A stretch of DNA of 64,000 nt, from the NCBI GenBank assembly GCA_000165345.1, contig CM000434.1, positions 224,001 through 288,000 on the forward strand, in the 5' to 3' direction. A program made the translations under genes and the position numbers. Below, piece after piece: positions 20,163-30,812 of the stretch. The first letter of the stretch is position 1; each line of letters opens with the position of its first letter. The notes under the pieces were generated by a model. That model saw only the letters and a program-made list of their open reading frames with translations. It searched no databases and was not told where the DNA came from.

Positions 20163-22363
20163 TTAAGAAACAGACTTCCAAATAAACGATCCATCTGGTC
20201 TGTCCTCCAAAGTAATTTTCAATTTGGAGAGTTGTACATCTCTTACTTGGTCACATTTAGAAAGTAGAGATATTGATGACTTATTCACTTCATCGATAAG
20301 GCTTCCTACATTACCAAAATCATTGTTTGAAATTGCCTTCTTTTCTTTTCTGCATAATCCCATAAGTTTCTTAGATTCCTCCTTGGCACAACTTCTAAAT
20401 CCTCCAATAATCTCCATGAATTCATTAGTGAGTTCTTCTACTTTGGAGTTATCATAAGCAGAATCGCAAGTGTCTTTGTAATTAAGCTTTTCATTATCTT
20501 CACCACATAAACCAAGTATCGATAAAATCTTGTAAACATATGTGGCACAACGTCTTAAGATATTTCCAACAATCTGATCATCTGATTTTAAGTTCATGTA
20601 ACTATTTGCAACAGTAACAAGAGACTGAAGTGCTTGAATAACTTCTGGAGTATTTATATTGTCTTTAAAGAATTCATCAATCTAAAAAGAAAAAAAAAAT
20701 TAAATTAATTTTAATGTTCGACAAAAAGTTCATTTAGAAGTAGGAAAAAAAAGTTACTGAGTTCTTCGTTACTCTTTACTCCAAACTTCCTATTCTCCAC
20801 TCTAATGTATATATCTCCCCAATAAATTAAATCATAAACTGTTCAAAAAAGAAAAAAAGAGATTGAACATTTTAGATTTAATGAGAATGTTCGTGACGGT
20901 ATTTTAAGATGTATTTCTACAATGAAAAAAAATACATTATAAATATACCAACATGAAAGAGTACACGTGTCAATGCATGCATGCATGCACAACATTTGTA
21001 CTCTAATTAGTATAGCAAGCTCTTAGTGCCTAAAAAAGCTATGAATAGAAAAGCTTCAAGGAGTGGAATCTTGCATATTACCAAATCAAGATGGGGGGAA
21101 AAAATACAATAAGAGTAGATTATATTGTAAACTTACCTTTTCACTGGAAGATTCAATTGCAAGCCTGAGTTTCTCTTCTTCGATATCATGTTTCTGTGAG
21201 TTTTTCAAGTAGGACGTCCTAAGGCGTGCTTTAACATTAGCAAAAAAGTTGACAAAGGTTTTGTCAACAGCAATAGCTTCTTGTAAAGAAGTTTCTGGTG
21301 AGTAATTCATAGGTGCATCCCATTTATGGAGAAGGAAAAGCATCCTAATGTGTCTGGGTGAGTTTTCCTTAAGGATTTCCTGAATAGTAGTAAAGTTTTT
21401 AAGACTTTTAGACATCTTGGATCCGTGAATATGAAGATGACCAGAATGAAGGAAGTAGTTAACCCACTGGGCTTGATCATAATGAGCCTCACTTTGAGCA
21501 AGCTCATTATCATGATGAGGGAATCTCAAGTCAATACCTCCACTGTGAATGTCAATTGGGAATCCAAGAGTATTTGAAGCCATGACAGAACATTCAATAT
21601 GCCATCCTGGTCTACCTTTTCCCCAAGGACTATCCCAACAAGGCTCCTCAGGCTTTGCTTTCTTCCAAAGAGCAAAATCCAAAGGACTCTTCTTATCCTT
21701 AAGATGTTCTCCAAGTTCACCTTCACCTTCTAATACTCTATTAACATCAGCAACACTCTTTGGCTCCATTCTTCCATATACATGCTTTTCATCAGCTCTG
21801 AATGATTCTACATCAAAGTAAACACTTCCTTCTGATTCATAAGCAAAACCTCTAGAAATAATTGTAGAGATAAAATCAATAATTTCAGGAATAAATTCAG
21901 ATACCCTTGTAACAACATCCGGCATCTTAACATTTAAAGCCTTCATATCATCAAAGAATTCAAGTTCAAATTCTCTAGCCAAATCTAAAAAGTTTTCTCT
22001 TTTTTGCTCATTAGATCTCTTAATGATTTTATCATCAATATCTGTAATGTTCATAACCAAATAAACATCATACCCAAAGTAATCCTCTAATACTCTCCTA
22101 ATTATGTCAAAAGTTACATAATTTCTAGCATGGCCTAAATGAGCTGAGTCATATACTGTAGGACCACATGCATACCAGTTCACTCTTCTACCATTCACTG
22201 GTATAAATTCTGTCCTCCCTCCTGTCATACTATTATTAAGCATTAATCCTGTCGAATAAGAACATCTCTTTGATGCAGAACTCGTATCACCTGATTCTGC
22301 ATTAGAAAAACATCTTGTTGGTGGGATCCAATCTGCCATTCCTTCTGCTGTATTTAAACCCAT
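20163..22363 (-). CDS. Cysteinyl-tRNA synthetase (class I). Two exons: join(complement(21137..22363),complement(20163..20681)), about 581 aa
   Basis: Exon 1 carries [21 protein letters not shown] (HIGH motif) and [14 protein letters not shown] (KMSKS). It ends ...AIESSSEK with donor AAG|GTAAGT (plus-strand acttac at 21131-21136). The acceptor (T)10CTTTTTAG|ATTGATGAATTC has its AG as plus-strand ct at 20682-20683. Both junctions are phase 0 and in frame with ORF 20163..20597. Exon 2 ([29 protein letters not shown]...) aligns with the human CARS region downstream of KMSKS ([26 protein letters not shown]). Confidence 0.8.
20975..20989. repeat. (GCAT)n tetranucleotide repeat, i.e. overlapping GCATGCA boxes, inside the CysRS intron
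   Basis: gcatgcatgcatgca, read directly. Confidence 0.9.
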
Positions 22364-22614
22364 CTCTAAATTCTCAACAATTATATAAGTATTATACTTG
22401 TTTCAAATTTACTCTTGGAAATTTATTTCGTATTAAAATGAATAAAATTATTATTACATTTTTGCCCTAGTTTACTTAGATAATTATTTCATTGAGTTTG
22501 CTTGACCTATTTTACCTTAATATTGTATTGACCTGCTTAATTTAAATATCTTTATATACACTACTAATAATTTGCTTATTAATTCTATTTATAACCTTTA
22601 ATACACAAATTGGC

Positions 22615-22640
22615 GTCTCACAATTTCCCGCCACTTGCAA
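22615..22640. promoter_or_regulatory. E2F-like TTTCCCGCCAC box in the bidirectional intergenic region between CysRS(-) and the kinase gene(+)
   Basis: acaatttcccgccacttgcaataat. It lies about 255 bp from the CysRS ATG and about 240 bp from the kinase ATG. Confidence 0.5.
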
Positions 22641-22864
22641 TAATAATATTTGCCTATGTAAATTCTGGAGAAAAATTTGTATTAAAAGGAAATGAGGGGA
22701 AATCACGAAATGTAACTTTGAACTGGTTTTACATACAGAGGAAAATTAAAGATTAAATTGGTAAAAATACTAATATATTAATCAAGTTCAAAGGATAGTA
22801 TAGGCGCATACTTTTAAAGTTTAGATGTGTTTATGTGTGTGTATCTGATTTATGAAAGAAATCA

Positions 22865-24231
22865 ATGGAAGTAAAGTCTTCGGGTATCTTTGAAGAAATT
22901 CTAATCAAATCGGAAATATCTTCCAAAAAAGTATCCAAAGTTTGTATTGCAGAAGGATTGACCAAATCTGGTGAGAAAATCAATTTAATTCTTCTCAAGA
23001 TGTATAGAAAAGATATGGTTGTTAACCATAATCATATTTGGAATGAAAGAAATGTTTTGGAATATATTAGAGATTGCCAAACAATGAAAGAAGATGAGAA
23101 ATTAGCTTTACCATTGATGTAAGTTTTTTTTTCTTTTTAACGAATGAAAAATAATCAAATCTATTCAAATACTTTTTATATCTTAAAAAACTAATTGTTT
23201 CTTTTTTTTTTTAATTATAAAAATCAAATCTATTTTCTAAAACCTTTTATTTTTATCTAATTAGATATGATTCATTGGTTTTAGAAGAAAAAGAAACTAA
23301 AATAACGTACATTTGTATTGCTTTAAATTATATTCGGGGTAAAACTCTAGACAAGTATATAAATAATACAAGTTTATCTGTCGATTTCTTGAGAAAAATC
23401 TTCATTCAGGTATGTTCAATTATTTATATTTGTAATAGTAATAGTTAAAAAAAATGGTGGGGGAAGAAGGCAGAGAGGGATGAGTGTATAATAAAAAAGA
23501 AGCAACTAATAAATATTCCACTAATAAATAATTAACTTTATGATTATATTAGGTAGCAAAAGTCATCGGTTCTTTACATAAAGAAGGAATAATACATAGA
23601 GATATTAAATGTAGCAATATCATTATCGAATCTGAAACAGAAAAAATTAAACTGATTGATATGAGCTTGTCATGTTTTGTCGACACTAAAAAACAAAGGT
23701 TGTCAGAATTTTGTGGATCATTTCATACTATGGCGCCAGAAATGATTTGCATGCAAAAACCAAATTACAGTATAGAATATGACTGGTGGTCATTTGGGGT
23801 ATTAATTTACGAAATGGTATTTGGGTAAGTTTTAACAAACAATTTTTTTCATTAAAGTTTCATTTTGAACGAATCAAACTTGAATACAAATTTAACTTGC
23901 AAAATAAATAAATTTTAGTATACCACCTTATGGATATCATCCAGAAGAAAATAAATACCTTCTTAAAAGAATTAATGAATCTCCTAAATCTCTTAGTTTT
24001 CCCGAGCCTGTAATTTTCATGGGTGATTTTATTCAAGGTAGAAAAAATCGGGAAGAAACAGAAGATTTAATCATGAAACTTTTAAATAAAGATGAATCTA
24101 TCAGATTAGGCTCAAACGGCGATTTTAAACAAGTAATAGAGCATCCTTGGTTTAAAAGCTACCATTTGATGAATTTTCATGAAGATAGTTATTTCCTTGA
24201 AAATATAGATCTAATCAATGATGAAATATGA
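22865..24231 (+). CDS. Protein kinase-like protein with degenerate catalytic motifs. Four exons: join(22865..23118,23265..23409,23553..23824,23919..24231), about 327 aa
   Basis: Exon 1 ends at donor AT|GTAAGT and exon 2 starts after acceptor TTAG| (phase 2, codon ATA). Exon 2 ends at donor CAG|GTATGT at 23410 and exon 3 starts after acceptor TATTAG| (phase 0). Exon 3 ends at donor GG|GTAAGT at 23825 and exon 4 starts after acceptor TTTTAG| (phase 2, codon GGT). The spliced protein carries HRDIKCSNIII (catalytic loop), IDMSLS in place of DFG, MAPEM (APE), and DWWSFGVLIYEMVFG-IPPYGY (subdomains IX-X), ending HPWF. No canonical GxGxxG loop is visible in exon 1. Confidence 0.6.
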
Positions 24232-25592
24232 CGTAGAAAACTAGTTCTTTCTCTTTTATTTTCATATAGCATTTTGCCAAAGAGTTTGATATCCAACCAA
24301 TATCTTTTCATAAAGAATTTTATACTTGATCCAAAAACGGTTTCTGAGATTCTAGCAGCTTTTCTAAAATATTTTTCTTGAATTTCTGGATCTTTTGATA
24401 TTAGTCCAATTATAATTAAAACGGGAATATTATGTTCATCTTTGATATGAATCATTCTATACATAATATCTAACCAATATTGAGCTTTATCAAGATTCTT
24501 ATAAGATATATAATCATATACCAAGAACCCAATTAACTTTGAAGCATCTAACCCAACAAGTTTTTGAGCCTTTGATAAGTTAACTTGTTCATTTGGTAGA
24601 AAACTTTCTACTAGAATATCTTCAATAACAGAGATTCTTTCTTCTAAAGATAAACCCTGAAGCATATATATATATTTTTTAGATATCAATGAGCATCTTT
24701 TATTAAGTTTTCTTGAGATTTTGTTAATTTCGAATATTCTGGATGTGCTTTCATCAGGTGAGAATCTTCCTTCTTTCTGACATAATTCGCATCTACAAAA
24801 GAAATTGAGCTCACTACTTCTCACCCAAAGTGGATCTTGAATGTATTCACTTTCTATATAACATATAGATAAGGTCTCTTTTCTTTTGATTGGTCTTAAA
24901 GCTCTAAATACAGCAACCGTTCCAATATAGAATCTAGCAACATTTGGACTACATGAATGATCTAAAAATGAAGATTTGAAGTATAAAGAATTGATTGAGA
25001 AAATTTCAGTCCAGTAAAATGGATTTTTCCAAAGTTCAGGCATGGTGCTAACTGACATTTGATTGTATTTTACAACTAAATATATTCTAAGTGCTTCATT
25101 GAATCTTATTTTATTTGCCAAATCTGGGTTAGCTTCATAGAAACGACTGATTTTTTTTATAGGTATTTTGTAGTTCTCAGATTCTTGTCTAATTTTTTTA
25201 ATATCAGCTTGTGTACGTGGGAAAAACAATTTCAAATTTCTCAATAATTTATTATCATTTTTACATTTTTTAATCAACTTTTTCCAAAGTACTAATGAAT
25301 AATCTTTGAAATGATTTCCAATTTTGGTTGTGATCCAACATAGTGGTTTTTCCGCTAATATAAGCTCTCCTTTTGAAATATTCTCAAATGCAACCCAAGT
25401 ATTAGATTCTTGACTACTATTCAAAGCAATTTTTGGAGAAATATAATTGTTGGCACGTTTCCTGGAAAGACGGTTTTCAAAATCATACAAAGATTTATTA
25501 ATTTTTTCTCTTTTATTGGATTTATATGTATCATCGAATAATATTTGTAATTCAGATGATAACCAATCATCATCATCTAAAACTTTATGCAT
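24189..25592 (-). CDS. SET-domain lysine methyltransferase (SET plus Cys-rich post-SET, with a TPR-like N-terminal half), 467 aa
   Basis: LDHSCSPNVARFYIGTVAVFRALRPIKRKETLSICYIESEY (NHSCxPN and ELxxxY SET signatures) is followed by a post-SET CRCELC. The ATG is confirmed. The 3' end overlaps the convergent kinase gene's last exon by about 43 nt. Confidence 0.7.
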   Translation of the reverse strand: MHKVLDDDDWLSSELQILFDDTYKSNKREKINKSLYDFENRLSRKRANNYISPKIALNSSQESNTWVAFENISKGELILAEKPLCWITTKIGNHFKDYSLVLWKKLIKKCKNDNKLLRNLKLFFPRTQADIKKIRQESENYKIPIKKISRFYEANPDLANKIRFNEALRIYLVVKYNQMSVSTMPELWKNPFYWTEIFSINSLYFKSSFLDHSCSPNVARFYIGTVAVFRALRPIKRKETLSICYIESEYIQDPLWVRSSELNFFCRCELCQKEGRFSPDESTSRIFEINKISRKLNKRCSLISKKYIYMLQGLSLEERISVIEDILVESFLPNEQVNLSKAQKLVGLDASKLIGFLVYDYISYKNLDKAQYWLDIMYRMIHIKDEHNIPVLIIIGLISKDPEIQEKYFRKAARISETVFGSSIKFFMKRYWLDIKLFGKMLYENKRERTSFLRHISSLIRSIFSRK

Positions 25593-25754
25593 TTTGACAA
25601 AAATTACTGATTCTTAAATAATACAATGTATAACTTAATTCAATAAATTAGTATGGTAACTCCCACACACAAAAAAAACACTCTTTATTTTCCTCTTTCT
25701 AATAACTCTTAAATTGAGGATTTAACCTAAAAAGAAATGAGATAATTTTTTTTT

Positions 25755-25776
25755 GGCGGGTTACTCGTGTGATAAT
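25755..25776. promoter_or_regulatory. E2F-like box TTTTGGCGGGTTACTCGTGTG in the bidirectional SET(-) / U1-70K(+) intergenic region
   Basis: Read directly. It lies about 165 bp upstream of the SET ATG on its strand. It shares the extended pattern TTGGCGGGT[TA]AC...GTGTG with the box at 56551. Confidence 0.5.
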
Positions 25777-26112
25777 GATTTAAAGCTAAGAAATAAAATC
25801 TTCCGAGCAAATAATCGAGAAAAAAGAGAGGGGATAGATAAAAGAGGGGAAGAATAACGTATCTGAGGTTTTTTTAATATTTCTACAGGTACGATATTTA
25901 TTTTCTTTGGTCTTGCCTCTATATTTTCTCTTATTGAATTGTTCATGGCGTAAAGAATTGAATACAAGGCGAATAGGTAAAGATATACATTATTAAATAT
26001 ATATATATATATATTATAAATTAGAGTTATAACAAATTAGTAAGCTAGTGATCCTAGCTAGTTACCCTTATTTTCTATAGCCAAGATATTATTTACAAAA
26101 GACTAAGAAAAC

Positions 26113-26958
26113 ATGTCGGCAGTTGGTATGTCTAATGACTTGCTAAAGTTTTTTCAAGCAAGGCCACCATTGCCATATGTTCCATATCCGAATAGAAGAC
26201 CGCATAAGCCTTACCAAGGACTGGCTGACCTAATAAATGAGAATCCAGATTTATTTGATAAGGTTAATACGCCACCAGAACCATATATAAGTAAAAAAAT
26301 GCGTAGAGAAACGGAGAAATTGCAAAGGATTCAGAATTATATGAAAGATATGCGAAAAAAAATTGAATCATATAATCCAATGGAAGAGAATGTAGATAAT
26401 AAGACTTTTGATCCATACAATACATTGTTTATCGCAAGGTTAAATTATGATACTACAGAGAGAACTTTAAAGAGAGAGTTAGAAGTTTATGGCAAAATAT
26501 TAAATTTACGAATTGTTAAAGATTTCCAAGGCGAATCAAGAGGATATGCATTTGTGGAATTTGATAATGAAGATTCTCTGAAAGAAGCATATAAGTCATT
26601 TAACAAGAAGAGTATTGATGGATGGAAGGTATTAGTTGATGTTGAGAGAGGTAGAACAGTTGAGAACTGGTTACCAAAAAGACTTGGTGGTGGATTGGGG
26701 AAAGTAAGAGGACAAGAAAAGCCAGAATCGAAAAGCTTCTTTGGTGGTAACAATAGTATTTATAATCATGGCTCAAAGCAAGGTAATAGTAATTATGGAA
26801 ATTCTGGGTTTGGGCAAACATATAGACAAAGAGAACATAGAAGCTTTAGAAGTTATGGCTATAAGGGTCAAAATGACAGAAATAGCAGTGGAGGGGATTA
26901 TAATTCTTCTAGGAATTATGGAAACTTTGGAAATAAGAAGTTTAAATACTCAAGGTAA
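26113..26958 (+). CDS. SNRNP70: U1 small nuclear ribonucleoprotein 70 kDa (U1-70K), 281 aa
   Basis: The N-terminal U1-70K-specific region ([10 protein letters not shown]...NPDLFD) precedes an RRM matching human SNRNP70 ([55 protein letters not shown]...[29 protein letters not shown]; human [32 protein letters not shown]...[57 protein letters not shown]). An RG/S-rich tail follows. Confidence 0.85.
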   Translation: [281 protein letters not shown]

Positions 26959-27070
26959 AGGAGTATAAATAATTATCTACTGAAGGAATTTTATTGATCT
27001 ATAATAAAGTAAATTATTGTAAAATCATATAAATAAATAGCTGTGTTAATTAAAGGCTTTCTAGAAAATA

Positions 27071-27106
27071 TTACTATTATTATTATTATTATTATTATTA
27101 TTGTTA
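27071..27106. repeat. (TTA)n trinucleotide microsatellite, about 10 units
   Basis: ttactattattattattattattattattattgtt, read directly. Confidence 0.9.
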
Positions 27107-27481
27107 TAGCCACCCTAAAATTAATTTTGTTACTATTTTTAATTAATGTGTGTATATAAAAAAGTGCACACGAAGAAAAAAAAAACTAAGGTATAATATA
27201 AGGAAAAAAAATTTAGCACACACTTCTTTCTTTTGTTTTTTTTTTTAACAACAAAAGAATTAATAGCAAATATTGAGAAGGCAAGTATAATAATAAAAAA
27301 AGATCTGGTCTGATTATTCTATTTTAAATTAGTGAATTCTAGCAGGTTTAATAATTCAAATTTAAACTTGGATGTCGAGATTATAAAAGTTATTTATATT
27401 TTAAATTGAGCATATATTTCTTTTACACATTATTATATTTTAAAGGGGTGCCTGATTTAATTATATCAAATTTAAGAAGAA

Positions 27482-28453
27482 ATGAATTATTGTAAACTAA
27501 GATGGAGCCTAATTGTGCTCATATTAGCAATTGTAATTTCTTCAAATTATTGTTTTGGTAAGGATAATACTGATAATAAAGGTAACTCAATTGCTAAAGA
27601 TGCAGATAATGGTGAGATTTCTGAAAAAGGAGATCATATAGTGACACCTGATCAAGACTCTAATTCGGAAAATAGTGAAAATTTGGATGAAGGGGAAAAG
27701 AAGGAAGATGGTGATAAAAAGGAAGAAGGAGATAATAAAGAAGAGGGAGAGAAAAAAGAAGGAGATAAGAATGAAGATGGTGAGAAGAAAGAAGGAGATA
27801 AGAACGAAGAGGGTGAGAAGAAAGAAGAGGGTGAGAAGAAAGAAGAGGGGGATAAAAAAGAAGATGGAGATAATAAAGAAGAGGGAGAAAAAAAAGAAGA
27901 GGGAGAAAAAAAAGAAGAAGGAGATAATAAAGAAGAGGGAGAGAAAAAAGAAGGAGATAAGAATGAAGATGGCGAGAAGAAAGAAGAAGACAAAAAGGAA
28001 AATGGAGAGAAAAAAGATGGAATTGAAAAGTTTGGAGAGAACTCTGACATTGAAAATGGGATTATTGACAATAAAGAAGATTCAGTGGAAGACCAAGAAA
28101 ATACTGAAAGCCAGAAAGAGGAAGAAAAAAAAGATAATGGAGATGGAGAACAACAGGATTCAATTCATACAAGTATTATGGAGGGTTTGTATAAGTTAGA
28201 TTATAAATTAAAGTTTTTGAGAAGGATGCTAAGAAAAGACAAAAAAATGATTATTCAGATACATGCTTTAGGTTATTTGGTTAATACTATAAAAGAACAG
28301 ATTGTGAGAGACGTAGCAGCATTGAATGCAATAGTAAAATTGGAGGCAGAAAATGCTAGTGAATTAAATAAATTACAGTCAGTGCATGATAACCATGTAA
28401 ACAATAGATTAGATTTTATTAAACATGAAAATATAGTTCAAGTAAATAATTAA
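27482..28453 (+). CDS. Secreted acidic repeat protein: signal peptide, then about 12 tandem (E/K/G/D)-rich decapeptide-like repeats (EEGEKKEGDKN type), then a C-terminal coiled coil. 323 aa
   Basis: The N-terminus MNYCKLRWSLIVLILAIVISSNYCFG is a predicted signal peptide. The DNA at 27690-28010 is a tandem array of about 30-nt units (gaagagggagagaaaaaagaaggagataagaatgaagatggtgagaagaaagaaggagataagaacgaa...). Confidence 0.6.
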   Translation: MNYCKLRWSLIVLILAIVISSNYCFGKDNTDNKGNSIAKDADNGEISEKGDHIVTPDQDSNSENSENLDEGEKKEDGDKKEEGDNKEEGEKKEGDKNEDGEKKEGDKNEEGEKKEEGEKKEEGDKKEDGDNKEEGEKKEEGEKKEEGDNKEEGEKKEGDKNEDGEKKEEDKKENGEKKDGIEKFGENSDIENGIIDNKEDSVEDQENTESQKEEEKKDNGDGEQQDSIHTSIMEGLYKLDYKLKFLRRMLRKDKKMIIQIHALGYLVNTIKEQIVRDVAALNAIVKLEAENASELNKLQSVHDNHVNNRLDFIKHENIVQVNN

Positions 28454-28664
28454 TTAGCTAATTTTATTATTGTTATTATTTTTAAATGTTTCCTCACATT
28501 TTAAATTCTCATGTCATTGAGCGGCACAAAGAAAGCTTGCAAATTTGCAAATGCATGCACCTAATCCAACTAATTAGCTTTCATGTGGACAATAATCAAT
28601 ACAATGAAAACATTAAGTTAATGAAAACAAAAAAAAAGAATGAATTTAGAAAATTAAATAGAAC

Positions 28665-30812
28665 TTAATTTTGATTTTTAAGGAAAATATTTGGTATCTC
28701 TCTCATTTTACAAGTTTTTGCTCTTGCAGGTGAAGGAGTGGTAATCTTCCTTCTCCTTTGGATAGGAGTTACCGTTCTATGAAAGCACATTGGATTGGGC
28801 TTAAAGCTTCGAATGGGGGTTTCAGATGATTTCCAATTATTCAATTTTGTAGGACTGCTCAGTATACTATTAGTATGATTACTGAAATTTGAAGTGTCAG
28901 AATTTGTGCAAGTGTTGATGGTACTACCAGTATTTGTATTTGCTTTATCATTATGACTTTTGAGAGTAATTTTCTCAATGCAAATATTATTATTCAAGTT
29001 TATATCAACAAGAGGTTTGGTAGGCGATTCCAAAATGCCATTGCAATCATTTGCAGTTTGGTCATAAAACTTATTTCTCAAGTGTACAACAATTACAGTG
29101 CAGTTATCAGCCCGAATATTACTCATTCTTCGTTTTCTCTCAGCTTCAGTTGTAAGCAAACTAGCGATTTCTTGCATACTCTTATCTTGAGAATCAACAA
29201 TAATGTCAGCAATAGTAAAACCATCTAATATATCACTGACTCCATCAGACATAATCACAATATAAGAATCTTTCCACGGTTTACCATCGCACCCTCCATT
29301 GATAGCTAAATGGTTTGAAAAGCTTTCATCATCAGTGCCCCAGTCTAACTCAATATTTTCAACATGATTATTACTTTTATAAATGCTCGGTCTGTTTCCC
29401 CAACCAATAGCAATAACGCTCTGTTCAATTAGCGCTTCGGAAAAACATGCCATATTCTCATCCTCTATCTTGGCCCTTTGGCTATCAACAGTTTGTCTCC
29501 GAATGGAGTTAATACACTCCTTCCTTGGAGGAATACCTCCTAAGTTTAAAATTCGGTAATCTGGTGTTGGTAATAAAGCGCATCTAGAAAGATGCATATG
29601 ACCAAGAGATCTACTCATTGAAATACTTAATCCCAAGTCCCTAGCCTGCGAGTATGAAAGATAAGAAGGAATCAGTCTAAGCATACCGTAGTCCCCCAAT
29701 ACAACTTTCCCTACTCCGCTTTGGTCTATTCTCTGCCTCTCACTCTTTCTATTCAGACAATGGGGATTTGAAAGATAATATATTCCATGGAAGTTAGAGG
29801 TAGTTTGACCAGATGACTTGTTATAAGATAAAGGAACTGGAAGATCTGGAAGTAAAACTTTTGAATTCCCATTATCTCCTCCTTCAATATGTCGGTCATT
29901 AACACTATTGTGACTTTCATCATAACTACTACTACTACTAGTGGAGCTCATATTTTTGCTACCAATATTGTCACTATAAATTGTACTAAAATCCCGATTA
30001 TTTCCAATATTTCCGAAATTATAATGACCAGAGTTAGTGAGTCCAGGATTCTCCCCTGGTTTTTGTTGGAATCCACCATTTCTATCCAGATTTGGAATTA
30101 TACAAATTGCAGATGAATCACCGCAATTAGCTGTTACTAGATATTGATCAACAATTCCAACTACAACACAAGTAGTACCAAAATCTTTTTTGCTTGAAAT
30201 ATTTGCATTAATAACGCTATCATGAGCATAAGTAAACCCTCTGTTCAAGACAAAAAGAATTTGTTCAACATAATCGGCGATAGCAATATTTCTTGGAATA
30301 TCTGGAACTTCCTTACTTAAAATTTTAGATATACAATAACCTGCCACATGAGAGGCAGTCTTTCCATAATGTCCATGCCCATCTAGAAGACCAAAGAAAC
30401 AAGAGTTATTTGAATCCTCTAACTTATTACCTGTCGAGTGAGAATTCCATCCAGGGCCATTTCTTTTTGGTGGTAATGGTGGTAATGTAAACAAAGGAAA
30501 AACTGGAGGAAATGCCTCGTTTATTATTTCATCTAAACAATGTACATCTTTTTTGGAGTATGGCATTCCTTGAGGGCAAAAGGTGCCAGCATTTGCTAAA
30601 TTTGGTTGAATTGGGTCAAAATTCCACACTCCTTGTGAAAACCCAAGCTTCTCCAACCTTTCATCTTTTAAATTGCCATTCTGTCTCTTACTTTGATTTT
30701 CTTTCTTATTATTGGACTTCTTCTGAGCTGGTATTGATACAAACCAGCCGTCTTGGTTTTCCTTGCATCCACCCTGGGAACAAGATACACCCCAATCAAC
30801 CAACCAATTCAT
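28665..30812 (-). CDS. Protein phosphatase 2C (PPM family) with large low-complexity insertions, 715 aa
   Basis: PPM motifs are present: FFGLLDGHGHYG (DGHGG), GTTCVVVGIV, ANCGDSSAICI (consensus ANxGDSRA) and MSDGVSDIL (DG-W-D). The ATG is confirmed. Confidence 0.8.
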   Translation of the reverse strand: MNWLVDWGVSCSQGGCKENQDGWFVSIPAQKKSNNKKENQSKRQNGNLKDERLEKLGFSQGVWNFDPIQPNLANAGTFCPQGMPYSKKDVHCLDEIINEAFPPVFPLFTLPPLPPKRNGPGWNSHSTGNKLEDSNNSCFFGLLDGHGHYGKTASHVAGYCISKILSKEVPDIPRNIAIADYVEQILFVLNRGFTYAHDSVINANISSKKDFGTTCVVVGIVDQYLVTANCGDSSAICIIPNLDRNGGFQQKPGENPGLTNSGHYNFGNIGNNRDFSTIYSDNIGSKNMSSTSSSSSYDESHNSVNDRHIEGGDNGNSKVLLPDLPVPLSYNKSSGQTTSNFHGIYYLSNPHCLNRKSERQRIDQSGVGKVVLGDYGMLRLIPSYLSYSQARDLGLSISMSRSLGHMHLSRCALLPTPDYRILNLGGIPPRKECINSIRRQTVDSQRAKIEDENMACFSEALIEQSVIAIGWGNRPSIYKSNNHVENIELDWGTDDESFSNHLAINGGCDGKPWKDSYIVIMSDGVSDILDGFTIADIIVDSQDKSMQEIASLLTTEAERKRRMSNIRADNCTVIVVHLRNKFYDQTANDCNGILESPTKPLVDINLNNNICIEKITLKSHNDKANTNTGSTINTCTNSDTSNFSNHTNSILSSPTKLNNWKSSETPIRSFKPNPMCFHRTVTPIQRRRKITTPSPARAKTCKMREIPNIFLKNQN

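Noticed and set aside
27652-28199. Antisense and alternate-frame ORFs (139 aa S/F/P-rich on the minus strand; 174 aa K/R-rich on the plus strand) inside the K/E/G repeat gene
   Set aside because: They are frame artefacts of a purine-rich tandem repeat. The sense frame with the signal peptide is the coherent one.
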